DNA of 64,000 bases from Acidobacteriota bacterium (GTDB taxonomy: Bacteria > Acidobacteriota > Thermoanaerobaculia > Multivoradales > UBA5704): NCBI GenBank assembly GCA_040005235.1, contig JBDTZG010000014.1:32001-96000 (forward strand). The letters are read 5' to 3'. Under the pieces are notes generated by a model that was given only the letters and a program-made list of their open reading frames with translations, made no database searches and had not been told where the DNA came from. Below are positions 12,101 through 19,300 of the stretch, one piece after another. How positions within the stretch are numbered: the first letter of the stretch is position 1; each line of letters starts with the position of its first letter. Both the position numbers and the translations under genes were made by a program.

Positions 12101-15100
12101 CCGGGATGACCCCGGGCTCCTCCCAAGCACCCGCAATCGGGCGACCGATCATCGGCACGCAGAGCTACCTGCTGGATTCCGGCCTGCAGCCGGCTCCGCT
12201 GGGGGTTCTGGGCGAATTGTTCCTCGGTGGAGCGGGGCTTGCCCGGGGATATCTCGGGCGGCCGGACCTTACGGCTGCCCGCTTCCTGCCGGATCCTTTC
12301 GGATCGACGGCCGGCGGTCGGCTCTACCGTACCGGAGACCTCTGTGCCTACCGTGCCAACGGCAAACTTGAGTTCCGGGGGCGTACCGATCATCAGACCA
12401 AAATTCGTGGTTTCCGGATCGAGCTCGGCGAGATCGAATCGGTACTGCTGGCCCAGAGGGGCGTTCACGATTCCGTAGTAGTGGCCCGCGAGCACCCGGC
12501 CGGCGGCAAGCAACTGGTGGCGTATGTCGTCCTGAACCCGGAGGATGAGACCAGAGGCACAGCCGCGATGGACCGGCTTCGCCATTCGATCGAACGTTTC
12601 CTGCCGGCTCACATGGTGCCTTCTGCCTTCGTCAGCCTGCCACAGTTGCCGCGCACCCCGAACGGAAAGGTGAATCGCTCGGCACTTCCCATGCCCGAGC
12701 GAGGCTCGGCCGCCCGCGCATTCACGAAGCCCGCTTCGGCGGCTGAAGAGAGCATGACGCGGCTGTGGGCTGACTTGCTCAAGATTTCGCCGGTGGGAAC
12801 CGAGGCCGACTTTTTCGATCTGGGAGGCCACTCGCTTCTCGCGGCGCGTCTGGTCCATAGGATTCGCGACGCCTTCGGCGTGGCCCTCCCCCTGCGGGCG
12901 GTGTTCGAAGCCCCGGTGCTCGCCGACCTCGTCGTGCAGGTCGAAGCGCTGCGCGGGCAAGGTGGGAAGGGGCCGGCCGTTCGCCTGCGGCAGCGAGATC
13001 GGGAGGGGACGGCCCCTCTCACTTTTGCCCAAGAGCGGCTTTGGTTCCTCGAACGATTCGATCAGGGGCGCTCCGCTTTGAACCTGCCGGTGGACCTGGA
13101 GATCCGCGGTTCGCTCCATTTCGTCGCCTTGAAGCGGAGCTTGTCGGAAGTGGTGCGTCGCCATGAAGTGCTGCGATCGGTGTTCCTGAATGTCGAGGGG
13201 AGCGGGTGTCAGAGAGTCATGGCTCCGGCGCCTCTGCTGTTGCCCCGGGTCGACCTGAAGGGATTGGCGCCGGACTTTCGCCAGGACGAGTGCTCCCGTC
13301 TGGTCTCCGGCGAGGCGCTACGGCCCTTCAATCTGGAAAAGGGTCCGCCGTTGCGCGCCCTGCTCGTTTCACTCGGCGGTCGGCTGCAAGTCTTGGGACT
13401 CACGCTTCACCATATCGTCGCCGACGGATGGTCCATCGGCACGCTGGTGCACGAGATGTCGGAGCTCTACCAGGCGTTTTCATCGGGCCGCGCCCTGCAG
13501 CTCCCCGAGTTGGCGGTGCAGTACGCGAGCTTTGCCGAGTGGCAGCGCTCCGAGGAATCCGCCGAGCTTTTTGGCCGACAGCTCGCTTATTGGCGAGAAC
13601 GCCTTGGCGGGGCACCCCCGAGCGTCGACCTTCCGACGGACCGTTTGCGGCCTTCGGTCCAGACCTATCGCGGCGCGCGTTGCACTCTGGTCTTGGAGCG
13701 CGAGCTCGCCGAGGGGCTCATTGCGGTCGGTCAGGCGCGCCATGCGACCTTGTTCATGACCCTGCTCGCGGCGTGGAAGGTACTCCTTTTTCGTTTCAGC
13801 GGTCAGACCGACCTGGTTGTCGGGACTCCTTTTGCCGGCCGCGTCAGCGTCGATCTGGAAGGGCTGATCGGCCTGTTCCTCAACTCGCTCGCTCTGCGCA
13901 CCGACCTGTCGGGCAACCCTTCATTCAGCGAGCTTTTGGATCGGGTGCGCGAGACGGCTCTGGGTGCTTACGCCAACGAGGACGTTCCCTTTGAGAAGGT
14001 CCTTGCGGAGCTGCGGCCGGAGCGCGATCTGAGCCGCACTCCGATCTTCCAAATCTTGTTCAACATGCTCAATTTTGAGGTGGCGGAGGTTCGCCTGCCC
14101 GATTTGGAGTTGCGCCTTCTCGCGACGCCGGAGCTGCCTTCGAAATTCGATCTTACGGTTTACGCCGCGGAGCGACCGGAAGGGATTCTGCTCACCCTGG
14201 TCTACAACGCGGACCTCTTCGACGGCCCCCGGATGACCGAGGCTCTGCGGCAGTTCCGGCTCCTCCTTTGCGGCATCGTCGCCGACCCGCAGATGCGGAT
14301 CGATCGGTTTTCGCTGGTTAGCCAGGACGCAGCGGCGATTCTGCCGGATCCCCGGGCCACTCTGGACGCCACCTGGTACGGTCCGGTACACCAGGTCTTC
14401 AGCCGCCGGGCCGCAGACGTTCCGGATGCCGCGGCGATCCTCGATCCGCAGGGCACGATGAGCTACGGCGAGCTCGATCGGCGCAGCAACCGTTTGGCAC
14501 GTTCCCTGGTCGAGGGCGGCCTCCGGACCGGCGACGCGGTGGCCGTCTACGCCCATCGTAGCTCGCCGATCGTGTGCGCGGTCCTGGCCATCATGAAGGC
14601 CGGTGGAGCGTTCGTAATTCTGGATCCGGCTTACCCGGCGCAGCGCATCATCGAGCTCATCGAAGTGGCCCAACCGCGCGCTTGGATGGAAATGACGGCC
14701 GCCGGCAACTTGGCGCCGGAGCTCGAGGAATATGTCTCCGCGAGATCCTGGTGTCCGAGGGTGCGGCTTCCCCCGGTGCGGGATACGACGCTCGCATGGG
14801 AGCAAGCATCGTCCGAGCCGCTACGGATCGAGGTGGGAAAAGACGACGTTGCCTATGTCGCCTTCACCTCGGGTTCTACCGGAATCCCCAAGGGTGTGCA
14901 GGGACGCCATGGTTCTTTGTCTCACTTCGTGCCTTGGCAGCAAAGCCACTTCGGCCTGGACGCTTCCGATCGGTTCTGCATGCTTTCGGGGATCGCTCAC
15001 GATCCTCTACAGCGGGACATTTTCACGCCGCTGCAAATCGGAGCTTCGATCGTCATTCCGGATCCCGGCGAAATGCTTGCTTCCGGCCGGCTTGCGGAGT

Positions 15101-16293
15101 GGCTGCAGCGCGAAGGAGTAACCGTCGCCCATCTCACCCCGGCCATGGGGCAGGTGATTGTCCAGGCAAAGGCGGGGACCGTTTTGGTTTCCTTGCGGTA
15201 CTCGTTTCTGGTGGGTGACGTGTTGACCCGCCGAGACGCCGCACGGTTGCAGCACCTGGCCCCCCGGATGACCTGTGTCAACTACTTTGGCTCGACCGAG
15301 ACCCAGCGTGCGGTGGGCTTTCACGTCGTTCCAAACGTGGTGGAAGCGAGCCTTGCGGGGGAAGTGAGCCAAGAGGTACTGCCTCTTGGGAGAGGTATCC
15401 GGGACGTTCAACTCCTCGTGTTGAACGCCAACGACCAACTCGCGGGAATCAGCGAAGTCGGCGAGATCTGTGTGCGAAGTCCGCATCTGGCACGCGGCTA
15501 CCTGGGCGATTCCGAGCTGACTTCGCGCAAGTTCGTCCCCAACCCTTTCACCGGTGCGTCCGAAGACCGCCTCTACCGCACCGGCGATCACGGCCGCTAT
15601 CTGGCGGACGGAGAAGTTGGGTTCCTCGGTCGGGCCGATCAGCAGGTCAAGGTTCGAGGTTTCCGGGTCGAGCTCGGCGAGATCCAGGCGGTCCTTGGGC
15701 GTCACTCCGGAGTCCGCGACGTAGTGGTGCTGCCGTGGAAGGACGGAACAGGGGCGACAAGATTGGCAGCCTACGCGGTGCCGAACCCGGGTGTCGATCT
15801 CGATACCGGCGAGCTGCGGAGCTTTCTCCAGGACCGCTTGGCGGCGTACATGGTCCCCTCGGTCTTCCTGATTCTCGACCGCCTGCCGATGACCCCCAAT
15901 GGCAAGCTCGACCGGCGCTCGCTTCCCGATCCTCTCACCGCACGACGTGGTGAGCAGGAGTATGTCCAACCGAGGACCCAAGTCGAGATGACGATCGCCG
16001 ACATCTGGCGCAAGGTACTCGAGGTGGACAAGATCAGCGCTTTCGACAATTTCTTCGACCTTGGTGGTCACTCGTTGTTGCTTCTCCAGGCCCATAGCGA
16101 GCTGGAGAAGCGGCTGAGACTTCAGATCGCGGTGGTTGACCTTTTCAGGTACCCCACGGTCAACGCGCTGGCCAAGGCCTTGACCCAGGACCCGGGTCCT
16201 CCGGACGAAACGCAACTCGATCGACGCGATCGAGCCACCCGCAGGTGGCAAGGGATCGAAGAACGCAAGAAAGGGCTAAGGCGGCAAAGATGA
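151..16293 (+). CDS. ORF1: five-module NRPS (C-A-T)x5; predicted Ala-like, Asp, Ala, Ala, alpha-aminoadipate
   Basis: 5380 aa ORF. Five C domains (SFAQxRLW..., HHxxxD), five A domains ([YF]TSGSTGxPKG, YRTGD, NGK[VL][DN]R) and five T domains (GGHSL). Confidence 0.97.
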   Translation: MVASHTNLVSRLSADQLRRIARQLREKGGAVGTDSLARLPRDQGGFPLSFAQERLWFLDQLEPGSISYNVGVKVRFRGRLDIAALRESLSRIAGRHEALRTCFRSVDGKSQQEIRPVEPVAVPLVDLAGFSAARSGAEAEALSLGGARTPFDLTRGPLLRATLLRVAEQEHLLVLVLHHIVCDGWSAGILVREFALLYAGRVEGREAALAELSVQYADFAVWQRLQVTQGAWAEQLAYWQGQLNGLPPLILRTDLQRPSISDGNGERHVLEFKPGTAEAVSELGRRAQATPFMVLWSVFSVLLARLAGQDDFGVATPVVGRSRPELQSLIGFFADTLVLRTSLSGNPTFGELLNLNREIVAAAFANQSMPFALLVKELAPDRVLGTTPLAQVMFSLEDRLSISSFAGLSVSLEEIDNRTAKFDLMLTLRFGANGLSGHLEYPTDLFEPVTVARIAAQLALLLETATTVPSVPVFDLPLLGAGERHQVVTEWNDNSRSAEARTVPDLLAAQAARAPDSTAVIHGLERFSYGELRARAHRLAGLLRQRGVGPEVRVGVCLERSFELVIALVAVLEAGGAYVPLDPTYPRERLSYILADSGAALVVTSEESVACLPTDGAVAVCLIRAAGDWRTAEEPMEISGYTPRALPESLAYLIYTSGSTGRPKGVGIEHRHAATFLTWARRAFLSSEIAGVLASTSVCFDLSVFELFVPLAWGGSVILADNVLNLLALPASTEITLVSSVPSAVAELVASGLPPGVRTVNLAGEALPRSLVDQLFAQPGVRRVLNLYGPSEDTTYSTMAVMRREDGRIPAIGRPIAETRAYVLDALLRPLPLGIPGELALSSRSLARGYLGRPELTAEKFVPDSLSGIPGERMYRTGDLVRWRADGELEFFGRADHQVKIRGFRIEMGEIEAALLEVPGIDEAVVEVFEAAGGDRRLAGFYVMRQVGSEVDDLPERLQARLPAYMVPASLLQIAALPRTANGKVDRRALPKPQWGSVNVGAAAPRSVVEQMLADIWCEALGVDRVGREDRFFDLGGHSLLATRVVSRVRSVLGIDIPVRAIFEARDLSALAARIEATVALAGGDSPEPPVPPLASLPRPEMVPLSFAQQRLWLIDQLRPGGATYNVPYALRAVGRLDIAALTRAFSEIARRHEGLRTRFAATENGEPAQWISPPLPVPLPLVDLSFLKDAGACAETVATAEARRPFDLVRGPLLRLCLLRLAKEEHLLLLNFHHIVMDGWSLGVLIGELAALYEAFVQGRPSPLPDLTIQYADFSLWQRQWLAGGALERQLFFWRSRLVGSRTLDLQTDRPRTGATGLRGGAQSVALPSDLVQAVQTQGRSLGATPFVVLLTAFAALLSRLSGHEDLCVAVPVAGRRRIETEPLIGYFVNTLVLRMDFSEGPMFLDAIGRIRRVVLEADAHQDLPFERLVEELQPERSLEQPPLAQVMFALQHLPPAPPSMPGLRLEGREVETGSAKFDLSLSLLTSSTTIEGRLGYDAELFLPATTIRFLRQYQVLLVAALRHPERQVADLPLLSEGERLQLVVDWNESGEALFAPPEALPLQIAARAAWTPDAPAVVFEGRSLTFGELNLRANQLAHFLLRRGAGSEKPVALLLERSEQVVIGMLGILKSGAPYIPLDPSLPPERLGAILVDSGARALVSTSRLSHRLPSTGLEGIQRVQLDSDASPIAAESTGEPSVRILRESLAYVIFTSGSTGRPKGVAVEHRQLAAYVRGVELRFGLAECASFALVSTFAADLGHTVVFPALVAGACLYVVSQERSGDADAFGDYFEQHSIDCLKIVPSHLAALLAGSRPQRALPRRKLILGGEASTWAEIDRIHLLAPGCRVYNHYGPTETTVGAVAFTASAGPREVERGFLRVPLGRPLPGSRVFVLDRQHQLVPVGVPGELWIGGVGVARGYVGRPDLTAERFFPDVWSGASGARIYRTGDLTRRLPGGDLEFLGRVDLQVKIRGFRVEPQEVAAHLARHPEVREALVIAQSGDAGAQLVAYFVSIEELDADTLRAYLAASLPDYMLPTAFVRIAAIPLTPNGKVDRTALPPPNPAAPEPQTSAPRTPTEELLAVLWAQVLSRDRVGVFEDFFRLGGHSLLATRLVARARQTFGLDLPLRSLFEAPTIAALATRIDELRRVGGPAPPPPIVRWNAGGEVPLSFAQERLWFLDQLEPGSPAYSLPYFARIRGSVSPAILAGVLRFLTRRHESLRTRFPAIAGRPFQQIVPESSLPLPQVDLAGLPSVVREEKLEHLLRAAAMRPWNLATGPLVRASLIRLGDGDQVFALSLHHIVSDAWSRGVLTREMATLYVAVLQAEPPSLASLPLRYSDFAHWQRKWLDGENLDSEVAWWCARLDGIPPLQLPLDRPRHKVRSGQGCVQSAPLPRGFEGRVEELAKRLGATPFMVLLSIYATQLHRYTGSDRIVVGAPIANRNRTEIEGLIGCFVNTLALPVRFGVALSFEGLVAQMRETSLGAYDHQDLPFEKLVEAMIGERDLHRPPLASVAFLYQTEPIASLDFAGLVWQPLDLHNGSAKFDLALAFTGTEGERRATLEYDRDLLDAATVVRMIGHFGRLADAALERPELALVALPLLTAAEVAELTAWNRTGRTYPSGLCLHQLFEAQAGRTPDAEALIWGHERTTYRELDRRADQVAWELRRLGVGPEARVGVLLERTSKLVVGLLGILKAGAAYVPLDPAYPTERLAWTANDAGIVAALVDLGAQDAGSPARSERLAAIFSPSMPLLGLPPASAARNGFHSEASTAGPGNLAYLIYTSGSTGRPKAVAIEHRSAVVLMRWAREVFTAEELSGVLGATSISFDLSVFELFAPLSWGGKVVLADSALSLPHLPAAAEVKLVNTVPSAMTELLRLAAVPSGARTVNLAGESLPRSLADRLYGTGHVVRVLNLYGPSEDTTYSTWSLVAADDVRAPNVGRPVPETQAWVLDAHLGLLPKGVPGELYLGGGGLARGYLGRPELTAERFGPDPFAAVPGARLYRTGDFCRLRADGELEYLGRLDHQVKVRGFRIEPGEVEAALLACHGVREAVVRVGENSTLVAWVAADSQDAPLAPSLRLILGEKLPPHMVPSVFVELKALPRTPNGKVDRQALPNPAEEGVANESAGLHRSPIEEVVATLWAEVLGGRLAGREESFFEIGGHSLLAAQVVARVRVTFGVELPVRALFESPTVAGLATAIERGLREENGVEVPPIVRGMAAPDLPAPLSFAQERLWFLDQLAPGDPAYNITQAIQMVGKLYPSLLERSLAEVVRRHETLRSRFSFLDGEPVSVLVPDSRFALSEVDLSRLPSTIRQEEAGALARREALRGFDLGSGPLVRAILLRLEAEALLALFGFHHIVGDGWSMGLMVREIGALYAAFCRGKGSPLTALPLSYRDYAAWQREWLRGEVLEREIAVWRSRLSGAPAVLELPADRLRGIAAGSRGAALPFVLDAKVGASLAGLGRREGATLFMALLAGFQTLLARYTGETRIPVGVPVAGRHQVETEELIGLFVNTLVHCGNLDEAPTFSELLQRVRNEALEAWAHQHLPFEKLVSALQPERNLGSTPLFQVLFALQNAPLPELALPGLSVELVEIPRESTKFDLSLVLAERRGEIVGWVEYSTDLFDRVRIERLAGHLRTLYQAVGLDAGRSVSDLPLLAPAERSQLVDEWNNTGAPAGADGLLHALFEDQVARTPEAVALVSGQERLTYSDLDGRADRLASWLRRHAVGPETRVAVLLERTVEMVAALLAILKAGGAYVPLDPSYPDERLAMMAEDSGFTAVVTQSSLVTRLPRSVADLPVARIDADREEIDRESGRNRISTVVPRNLAYVIFTSGSTGRPKGVAIEHRSAVAMVHWARGVFSAGELEGVLASTSISFDLSVFEIFATLSWGGKVVLAGNVLDLPLLPAAAEVRLINTVPSAISELLAGGGLPKSVRTVNLAGEELPLPLVDRLFAAGVERVYNLYGPSEDTTYSTFAGMTPGSSQAPAIGRPIIGTQSYLLDSGLQPAPLGVLGELFLGGAGLARGYLGRPDLTAARFLPDPFGSTAGGRLYRTGDLCAYRANGKLEFRGRTDHQTKIRGFRIELGEIESVLLAQRGVHDSVVVAREHPAGGKQLVAYVVLNPEDETRGTAAMDRLRHSIERFLPAHMVPSAFVSLPQLPRTPNGKVNRSALPMPERGSAARAFTKPASAAEESMTRLWADLLKISPVGTEADFFDLGGHSLLAARLVHRIRDAFGVALPLRAVFEAPVLADLVVQVEALRGQGGKGPAVRLRQRDREGTAPLTFAQERLWFLERFDQGRSALNLPVDLEIRGSLHFVALKRSLSEVVRRHEVLRSVFLNVEGSGCQRVMAPAPLLLPRVDLKGLAPDFRQDECSRLVSGEALRPFNLEKGPPLRALLVSLGGRLQVLGLTLHHIVADGWSIGTLVHEMSELYQAFSSGRALQLPELAVQYASFAEWQRSEESAELFGRQLAYWRERLGGAPPSVDLPTDRLRPSVQTYRGARCTLVLERELAEGLIAVGQARHATLFMTLLAAWKVLLFRFSGQTDLVVGTPFAGRVSVDLEGLIGLFLNSLALRTDLSGNPSFSELLDRVRETALGAYANEDVPFEKVLAELRPERDLSRTPIFQILFNMLNFEVAEVRLPDLELRLLATPELPSKFDLTVYAAERPEGILLTLVYNADLFDGPRMTEALRQFRLLLCGIVADPQMRIDRFSLVSQDAAAILPDPRATLDATWYGPVHQVFSRRAADVPDAAAILDPQGTMSYGELDRRSNRLARSLVEGGLRTGDAVAVYAHRSSPIVCAVLAIMKAGGAFVILDPAYPAQRIIELIEVAQPRAWMEMTAAGNLAPELEEYVSARSWCPRVRLPPVRDTTLAWEQASSEPLRIEVGKDDVAYVAFTSGSTGIPKGVQGRHGSLSHFVPWQQSHFGLDASDRFCMLSGIAHDPLQRDIFTPLQIGASIVIPDPGEMLASGRLAEWLQREGVTVAHLTPAMGQVIVQAKAGTVLVSLRYSFLVGDVLTRRDAARLQHLAPRMTCVNYFGSTETQRAVGFHVVPNVVEASLAGEVSQEVLPLGRGIRDVQLLVLNANDQLAGISEVGEICVRSPHLARGYLGDSELTSRKFVPNPFTGASEDRLYRTGDHGRYLADGEVGFLGRADQQVKVRGFRVELGEIQAVLGRHSGVRDVVVLPWKDGTGATRLAAYAVPNPGVDLDTGELRSFLQDRLAAYMVPSVFLILDRLPMTPNGKLDRRSLPDPLTARRGEQEYVQPRTQVEMTIADIWRKVLEVDKISAFDNFFDLGGHSLLLLQAHSELEKRLRLQIAVVDLFRYPTVNALAKALTQDPGPPDETQLDRRDRATRRWQGIEERKKGLRRQR
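289..3380 (+). other. Module 1: C(LCL-type)-A(Ala-like)-T
   Basis: HHIVCDGWS. Hand-read code DLFSNALTYK from FDLSVF, ITLVSSVPS, VNLAGE, NLYGPSEDTTYS. T motif GGHS at ~3257. Confidence 0.8.
3460..6590 (+). other. Module 2: C-A(Asp)-T
   Basis: HHIVMDGWS. Code DLTKIGHVGK from ADLGHT, CLKIVPSH, LILGGE, NHYGPTETTVG, matching the Asp-type signature. Confidence 0.8.
6660..9770 (+). other. Module 3: C-A(Ala)-T
   Basis: HHIVSDAWS. Code DLFNNALTYK (Ala-type). Confidence 0.8.
9840..12950 (+). other. Module 4: C-A(Ala)-T
   Basis: HHIVGDGWS. Code DLFNNALTYK (Ala-type). Confidence 0.8.
13015..16190 (+). other. Module 5: C-A(Lys2-like, alpha-aminoadipate)-T
   Basis: HHIVADGWS. A motifs FTSGSTGIPKGVQGRH, LSGIAHDPLQRDIFTPL, GRLAEW, HLTPAMGQ, VGDVLTRRD, GSTETQRAV match fungal Lys2 motifs as I recall them. 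Code DPRHFVYRAK. Confidence 0.8.
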
Positions 16294-16295
16294 AG

Positions 16296-16301
16296 AAGGA
16301 G
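16296..16301 (+). promoter_or_regulatory. Shine-Dalgarno site for ORF2
   Basis: AAGGAG 7 nt upstream of the GTG start at 16309. Confidence 0.7.
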
Positions 16302-16308
16302 CTCGTTC

Positions 16309-19300
16309 GTGGCTGAAACGGCGGTCGAGAAGGGAATTGCGATCATCGGCCTAGATGGCCGCTTCCCGGGTGCTCGAAACGCAGAAGAGTTGTGGCAGAA
16401 CCTCTGCGAAGGTGTCGAATCGCTCTCCCGGTTCTCACAGGAAGAGCTGCGCGCGTCGAGCCCTGACGGGACGCGCCTGGAGGATCCGCGGTTGGTACCT
16501 GTTCGCGGTGTTCTTTCCGAGGTCGAGCTTTTCGACGCCGGCTTTTTCGGGATAAGTCCACGCGAGGCGGCCGCGACCGATCCGCAGCAGCGTGTCTTCA
16601 TCGAATGCGCCTGGACCGCGTTGGAGGACGCCGGCTACGACCCGGGCAACTGCGGAGGCCTTGTCGGCGTTTACGCAGGCTCCGCGCTCAGCTCCTACGC
16701 CTGGAACAACCTGGGCTCGGACCCGGAGCTCCTGGCATCGCTGGGAGCCCTCCAGCTCGGCATTTTGAACGGCAAGGACCACCTGCCGACCCGAGTTTCC
16801 TACCTTTTGAATCTCACCGGTCCGAGCGTTGCGGTGCAGACGGCCTGCTCGACGTCCTTGGTGGCCGTACACATGGCCTGCCTTGCCTTGCTCAACTACG
16901 AGTGCGACATGGCGCTGGCGGGAGGCGTCAGCATCGCGGTGCCGCAAAAGGCAGGCTATCTGTTCGAAGAGGGGGGAATCTTGTCGCCGGACGGGCACTG
17001 TCGCGCTTTCGACGCCGCTGCCCATGGCACGGTGATGGGCGATGGCGTCGGCATCGTGGTGCTCAAGCGTCTCGATGAGGCAATGGCGGACGGCGACCGT
17101 ATTCGCGGGGTGATCCTCGGTTCGGCAATCAACAATGACGGCGGAGGAAAGGTTGGCTACACCGCTCCGGGTTTGGAGGGTCAGGCGGAGGTCATCGCGG
17201 CGGCCCATGCGGTGGCGGGGATCGACGCAGGAACGATCAGCTATGTGGAGACGCACGGCACCGGCACCCCTTTGGGCGATCCGGTGGAGATTTCGGCCCT
17301 GACTCGCGCCTTCCGAATGAGCACGGACCGTATCGGTTCCTGTTCTATCGGTTCGCTCAAGACCAATATCGGGCACCTCAACACGGCGGCAGGTGTCGCC
17401 GGCTTGATCAAAGCGGTCCTTGCCCTCGAGCACAAGGCGATCCCACCGAGTTTGCACTTCGAGCGGCCCAATCCACGGATCCATTTTGACGACAGCCCCT
17501 TCTTCGTCAACACGCGTTTGACGGAATGGTCGGCCGACGGCGCGCCGCTCCGCGCGGGTGTCAGTTCGTTCGGCATTGGCGGAACCAACGCCCACGTCGT
17601 TCTTGAGGAAGCTCCGGTGCCGGAGGTGTCCGATGACGCGCGGCGCTGGCAATTGTTGGTGATCTCGGCCAAAACCGAGTCCGCCCTTGAAGCGGCGGCC
17701 CAGAACTTGGCGGAGCACCTCGGCCGGCACCCTGACTTGAAGCTCGCGGACGCTGCCTTCACGTTGCAAGTCGGACGCAACCGCATGGAGCATCGCCAGA
17801 TCTTGGTCTGCCGCGATGCCGCGGAAGCGATCCGCGAGCTGACGGCCGGCGAGGACTCGCGGGCCGTGCGGCTGCACGAAGCGGCTCGGGAGCGGCCGGT
17901 GGTTTTCCTCTTCCCGGGGCAAGGTTCACAGTACGTCGGCATGGGACGCGAGCTCTTCGAGCTCGAGCCTCTCTTTAGAGAGCAGGTTGATCTCTGCGCC
18001 TCTCATCTTTTGCCGCACTTGGGATTCGACATTCGAACGCTCTTCGAGAGCTCAACCGAGGAGTCGCGGGCAGCGGAGGAGCGGCTTCAGGAAACCGCGG
18101 TAGCGCAACCGGCTCTGTTTGTCGTCGAATACTGCCTTGCCCGCCTGTTTGCCGAGTGGGGCATCGAGCCGGAGGCGATGATCGGGCATTCGATCGGGGA
18201 GTACGTCGCCGCCTGTCTTTCCGGGGTCATGAGCCTTCCTGACGCCCTACGTCTGGTGGCGGCCCGGGGTCGCCTCATGGGGGAGTTACCACCCGGCGGG
18301 ATGACCGCGGTTCACCTTTCTGAAGCCCAGGTTAGACATCTTCTACCTGCGGATTTGGAGATCGCGGCGGTCAATGGGCCGACGCTAGTCGTGGTGGCGG
18401 GAACCCTTACCGCCGTGGCGGCTTTTGAAGAAAAGCTGGCTGAGGACGGTGTCGAGCATCGACGGCTCAAGACCTCTCACGCTTTCCACTCCGCGATGAT
18501 GGAGCCGATCTTGGAGCCCTTCGCCCGCGTGGTGGCCTCGATCGCGTTGCACGAACCGCAGCGGACCTTCATTTCAAATCTGACCGGACGACCGGCGACC
18601 GCCTCCGAAGTTACGGACCCCAACTATTGGGTCCGCCACTTGCGCGACGAAGTACGTTTCTCCGACGGTGTCGACGAGATATTCCGCGATCCAGGGCGGG
18701 TCTTCCTTGAGATCGGGCCAGGCCGAGCGCTGACCACGATCGTCCGGCAGAATCCTGGCGCGCAGGCCGGGATGACAATCCCCACCATGCGCCCGCAGTC
18801 TCGGGAAGGGTCGGACTTGGCTTGGGCGCTGGAGGCCCTGGGTCGCGCCTGGCTCGCGGGGGTGGCGATCGATTGGCGCGGTTTCCACCACCGCCATCGC
18901 CGCTTGCGGGTGGCGATGCCTGGTTATCCGTTCGAACGGCAACTGCATTGGATCGAGGCGCGTCCTCTCCGACCGTCCGGACCTCTCTCCGCAATTCCGG
19001 CAAGGAGCGCGGACCCCGCGGGCTGGTTCCATGCCCGGACTTGGCGGCGATCGGCAGGACAGGGCTCAGCCGCGACCGAACCGGGCGCCCTCCTACTGTG
19101 GGCCGCGCCCGGCGGTTTGGGCGGTGAAATCCACCGTGAGCTCACCTCGCGCGGCGTTGCGGTGGTGCTCGCCGAGCTTTCGGGCAGTCTGGAGCCTAGT
19201 TCCTTAACCGCCAGCCTTGCGGAAGAGGTCGCCCCACGACGTATCGCTCTGTTGGTGGAGCGTTGTACGCCGGGGCCGGAAGCAGCCGGGGCGCTCGCCC

